In this document: piece after piece, positions 44,689 through 46,973 of the stretch
How the letters are laid out: each line of letters opens with the position of its first letter
Numbering within the stretch: the stretch's first letter is position 1
Virus record (IMG/VR): IMGVR_UViG_3300046671_000016
Span: 1-46,973 of that record
DNA from: a virus
Taxonomy: Duplodnaviria; Caudoviricetes
Strand: one strand, 5' to 3'
DNA: 46,973 nucleotides
The notes under the pieces: model-generated
Database searches by the model: none
What the model saw: only the letters and a program-made list of their open reading frames with translations
Told to the model about the DNA's origin: nothing
Made by a program: the position numbers and the translations under genes

Positions 44689-46304
44689 TGCCTAAATTCA
44701 GGATCACCTCTCCGGACGGAAAGAACTTCGACGTAGAAGGCCCTGAAGGTTCCACCGCAGATCAGGCGCTGGCGCAGGTTCAGGCGCAATATAAGCCACA
44801 GCAAGAAACGAGCGGTTCTCCGGCGGTGTCCGGTATGGCAAGTCTTGCCGCGACTGTCGCAGGGATTCCAATAGACGCAGTGCAAAATATCTACAATCTT
44901 GGCAAGGCTGGCGTAGGACTTGCCACAGGCCGTTCGCAGGACTTTCCATTAGTCGAAGGAACCCCCGGCGGTTCTGAATCAATCCGCAATGTATTACGTA
45001 AGGCATCGGAAATGAGTGGATTGACAGGCCTAAGTCCAGATAACCCTACTCCAGGAAGTCAGATTGGAACTGCGGCATATGATTTTGCATCTCGCGGTGG
45101 CGTCATTCCAGGCGCGGCTCTCCCAGCCGCAGCCTCGATGGTCGCTGAAAAGACGCTCGGCCCTCAATATGCAGGTATTGGTGCGCTGGCTCCGTCTGCG
45201 GCAACCCTCGCATATAACACGGCGAGAGCGCCAGCTTTGGCGAATGCTCAGGCACAGAATGTAACAAGGGATGCGACTATCAATCGCTCACGCGAGGCTG
45301 GTCTTGTCATGCCTCCAGCGCAGACGAATCCTAGCGTTACCAACAAGGTTCTGGAGGGCACGGTAGGCACACCTTCGCTTGAGGCTCTTGGCTCAACTAA
45401 AAATCAGCAGATCATAAACGACCTCGGACGCCGTGCGCTGGGCGTCGGTAAGAATGTCCCAATCAACGAAACATTGCTCGATAACCTTCGCGCTGACGCT
45501 GGCAAGGCCTATCAAGCCATCAAGGACTTCGGTGGCGGGAGAATAGCGTTCAAGCCTGATGCGAAGTTTCAGAACGACATTGATAATCTCGGCGGCGGGA
45601 TAAGCGACACGGCTAAACGCTACCCCACGGCTGCCAAGACAGCGGATGTCGAGGCGCTGAAACAAGACCTGACCAAAGGGCCGATGGCTCCTGGTGATGC
45701 GATTGAGCTTACAAAGAAACTACGACGTGATGCCTCGGCCAACTTCCGCGCCTCAGACGATCCGGCAAAGCTCGACCTTGCCAGAGCGCAGCGCGGCGCC
45801 GCGGATGCTATCGAAGGACTCGTAGAGCGCAATCTTGGCAAGGCTGGACGTGGCGATCTAGTCAAAGACTTCCGTGAAGCGCGAATCACGATAGCAAAGA
45901 CATATGACGTTCAAGCCGCGCTCAACGATGCTACGGGGAACCTCAATGCTCGCACGTGGGCAAATATATCGAACAAGGGGAAACCGCTCGGCCCAGAAAT
46001 GCAACTGGCGGCTGATTTCTCCAACGCCTTCCCGCGCTCATCCTTGATGCCTGAGAAAGGCGGGAACAGGACTGGAATAGGCACATGGGATGCAATCTTG
46101 GCTGCCGCTGGAGTCGGTGGCGCAGTAATGCATCCCGCTATCGCCGCTCTCGGAGTCGGCAGGCCGCTCGCTCGTTATGGGCTGCTTACGAAACCTTATC
46201 AGAACTGGATGGGTGCGCCATCCTACGAACCGGCTATGATGCCGCAGAATCCGCAGCAAGCGGCGATCATGCAGAGCGTTTTAGCTAATCAAGGCCCACG
46301 GTAA
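44688..46304 (+). CDS. Putative DNA ejection protein (P22 gp16-like position)
   Basis: MPKFRITSPDGK.FDVEGPEG N-terminal motif; Ala/Gly-rich with hydrophobic patches. Confidence 0.72.
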   Translation: MPKFRITSPDGKNFDVEGPEGSTADQALAQVQAQYKPQQETSGSPAVSGMASLAATVAGIPIDAVQNIYNLGKAGVGLATGRSQDFPLVEGTPGGSESIRNVLRKASEMSGLTGLSPDNPTPGSQIGTAAYDFASRGGVIPGAALPAAASMVAEKTLGPQYAGIGALAPSAATLAYNTARAPALANAQAQNVTRDATINRSREAGLVMPPAQTNPSVTNKVLEGTVGTPSLEALGSTKNQQIINDLGRRALGVGKNVPINETLLDNLRADAGKAYQAIKDFGGGRIAFKPDAKFQNDIDNLGGGISDTAKRYPTAAKTADVEALKQDLTKGPMAPGDAIELTKKLRRDASANFRASDDPAKLDLARAQRGAADAIEGLVERNLGKAGRGDLVKDFREARITIAKTYDVQAALNDATGNLNARTWANISNKGKPLGPEMQLAADFSNAFPRSSLMPEKGGNRTGIGTWDAILAAAGVGGAVMHPAIAALGVGRPLARYGLLTKPYQNWMGAPSYEPAMMPQNPQQAAIMQSVLANQGPR

Positions 46305-46532
46305 GTGGACTTCGGCACCACATGGCTCGATCTTAGTTTAGGAGTGAACATGGCAACGATAAACGTAGCCCTGACCTATGCGGAACTGAAGGGTTTCACC
46401 ACGGTGAACAGGTTCGGCACGGTGATCGTGCTTGGGCGCTTCTCACCCGCAGACGGCGATGGCGGAATCTGGTGGTGGAATGCAACGGATACGCGCACCG
46501 ATAACGGCACCACGGTACTGGCTCCAACGTGA
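46305..46532 (+). CDS. Short, possibly truncated tailspike-anchor-like domain (alternative start ATG 46350)
   Basis: LG....DGDGG.WWW...D...DNGTTVLAP motif; AGGAG RBS before 46350. Confidence 0.65.
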   Translation: MDFGTTWLDLSLGVNMATINVALTYAELKGFTTVNRFGTVIVLGRFSPADGDGGIWWWNATDTRTDNGTTVLAPT

Positions 46533-46973
46533 GCAAAAACGTCGTCGCCAAGAGCTGGAGCATCCTGCCATCATTCGACGGCCTGCTTTATAGCCAGTAT
46601 CCGCTCGGTGACAAACCTGTTCCAGCGCCTACCGGCGGACCGAAGATCGCCTTTACTGACATCGTTTCCGGGCCTACGTCTGGCGGCGAGTTCAATCGTG
46701 GCGCGTATCTCTCCATCTTCGGCTGGGGCTTCGGCACGCAGGCGACGCTGGGGACGGCTGCGGGGGCAAAGGTCTTCATCGGTGGCGTAGAAGTAGATAA
46801 CTACCGCGCTCTAAACCCGGCTCCATCGTTTCCGCGCAACGGCTTGCAGCGGATCATCGTTCAGGTCGGGACTCTCGGTGGAGCAGCGGCTGGAAGCGTC
46901 AATGCCATTAAGGTCACGGTGAACGGCGTTGACTCGAACGCCGACAAGACATTCACCGTGCAGATTGGCGACA
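46529..46973 (+). CDS. 5' part of the origin-spanning gene (continues at 1..1476; 597 aa in total): IPT-like N-domain plus right-handed beta-helix protein
   Basis: GTG at 46529 overlaps the upstream TGA; MSKNVVAKSW...PKIAFTDIVSGPTSGGEFNRGAYLSIFGWGFG is open and in frame with position 1. Confidence 0.85.
   Translation, partial: MSKNVVAKSWSILPSFDGLLYSQYPLGDKPVPAPTGGPKIAFTDIVSGPTSGGEFNRGAYLSIFGWGFGTQATLGTAAGAKVFIGGVEVDNYRALNPAPSFPRNGLQRIIVQVGTLGGAAAGSVNAIKVTVNGVDSNADKTFTVQIGD
46847..46973. repeat. Terminal overlap, copy 2 (likely assembly k-mer overlap of a circular contig)
   Basis: Identical to 1-127. Confidence 0.97.

Larger units (their letters stand above)
1..46973. mobile_element. Complete circularly permuted tailed phage genome (P22-like podovirus organisation)
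   Basis: terS, terL, portal, scaffold, capsid, adaptor, hub, ejection and tailspike genes in P22-like order; no tape-measure or sheath gene; lysis and replication modules present; exact end overlap. Confidence 0.93.

Noticed and set aside
46847-46973. 127-bp terminal direct repeat as a biological DTR or att site
   Set aside because: It lies in the middle of a coding frame and its length equals a common assembler k-mer; best explained as circular-contig overlap
1-46973. Stop-codon reassignment, tRNA genes or introns
   Set aside because: Core genes are full length in the standard code and use all three stops; no tRNA cloverleaf or intron-split gene was seen by eye

Overview
The window looks like one complete, circularly assembled genome (46,846 bp unique) of a P22-like short-tailed dsDNA phage. 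Bases 1-127 are repeated exactly at 46847-46973, and one gene runs through the join. The overlapping spanin-like pair suggests a Gram-negative host. Modules, in order: receptor-binding/beta-helix genes (46350-4764); lysis and membrane genes plus a DUF4874/DUF4832-like glycoside-hydrolase-fold gene (4761-9842); a leftward early operon with a RecT-like recombinase (9811-13854); a rightward operon with a short C5 DNA methyltransferase, VRR-NUC and a Zn-finger/Toprim/VirE primase-helicase (13995-19012); a second leftward operon (19061-20516); an iteron-rich non-coding candidate origin (about 20630-20910); then terS, HNH, terL, portal, scaffold, capsid, adaptor, tail hub and ejection proteins (21522-46304). 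The most striking feature is seven glycosyltransferase- or methyltransferase-like genes interleaved and translationally coupled within the head/tail operon, next to Ser/Thr-rich fibre-like proteins. This is a candidate virion glycan-building system. Other observations include a duplicated structural domain, a gene apparently split by a 3 kb cassette, a vestigial lysozyme N-terminus and a consensus sigma-54 promoter. I recognised no integrase, CI repressor, DNA polymerase, tRNA or CRISPR array. All family assignments come from motif recognition by eye, not database searches.
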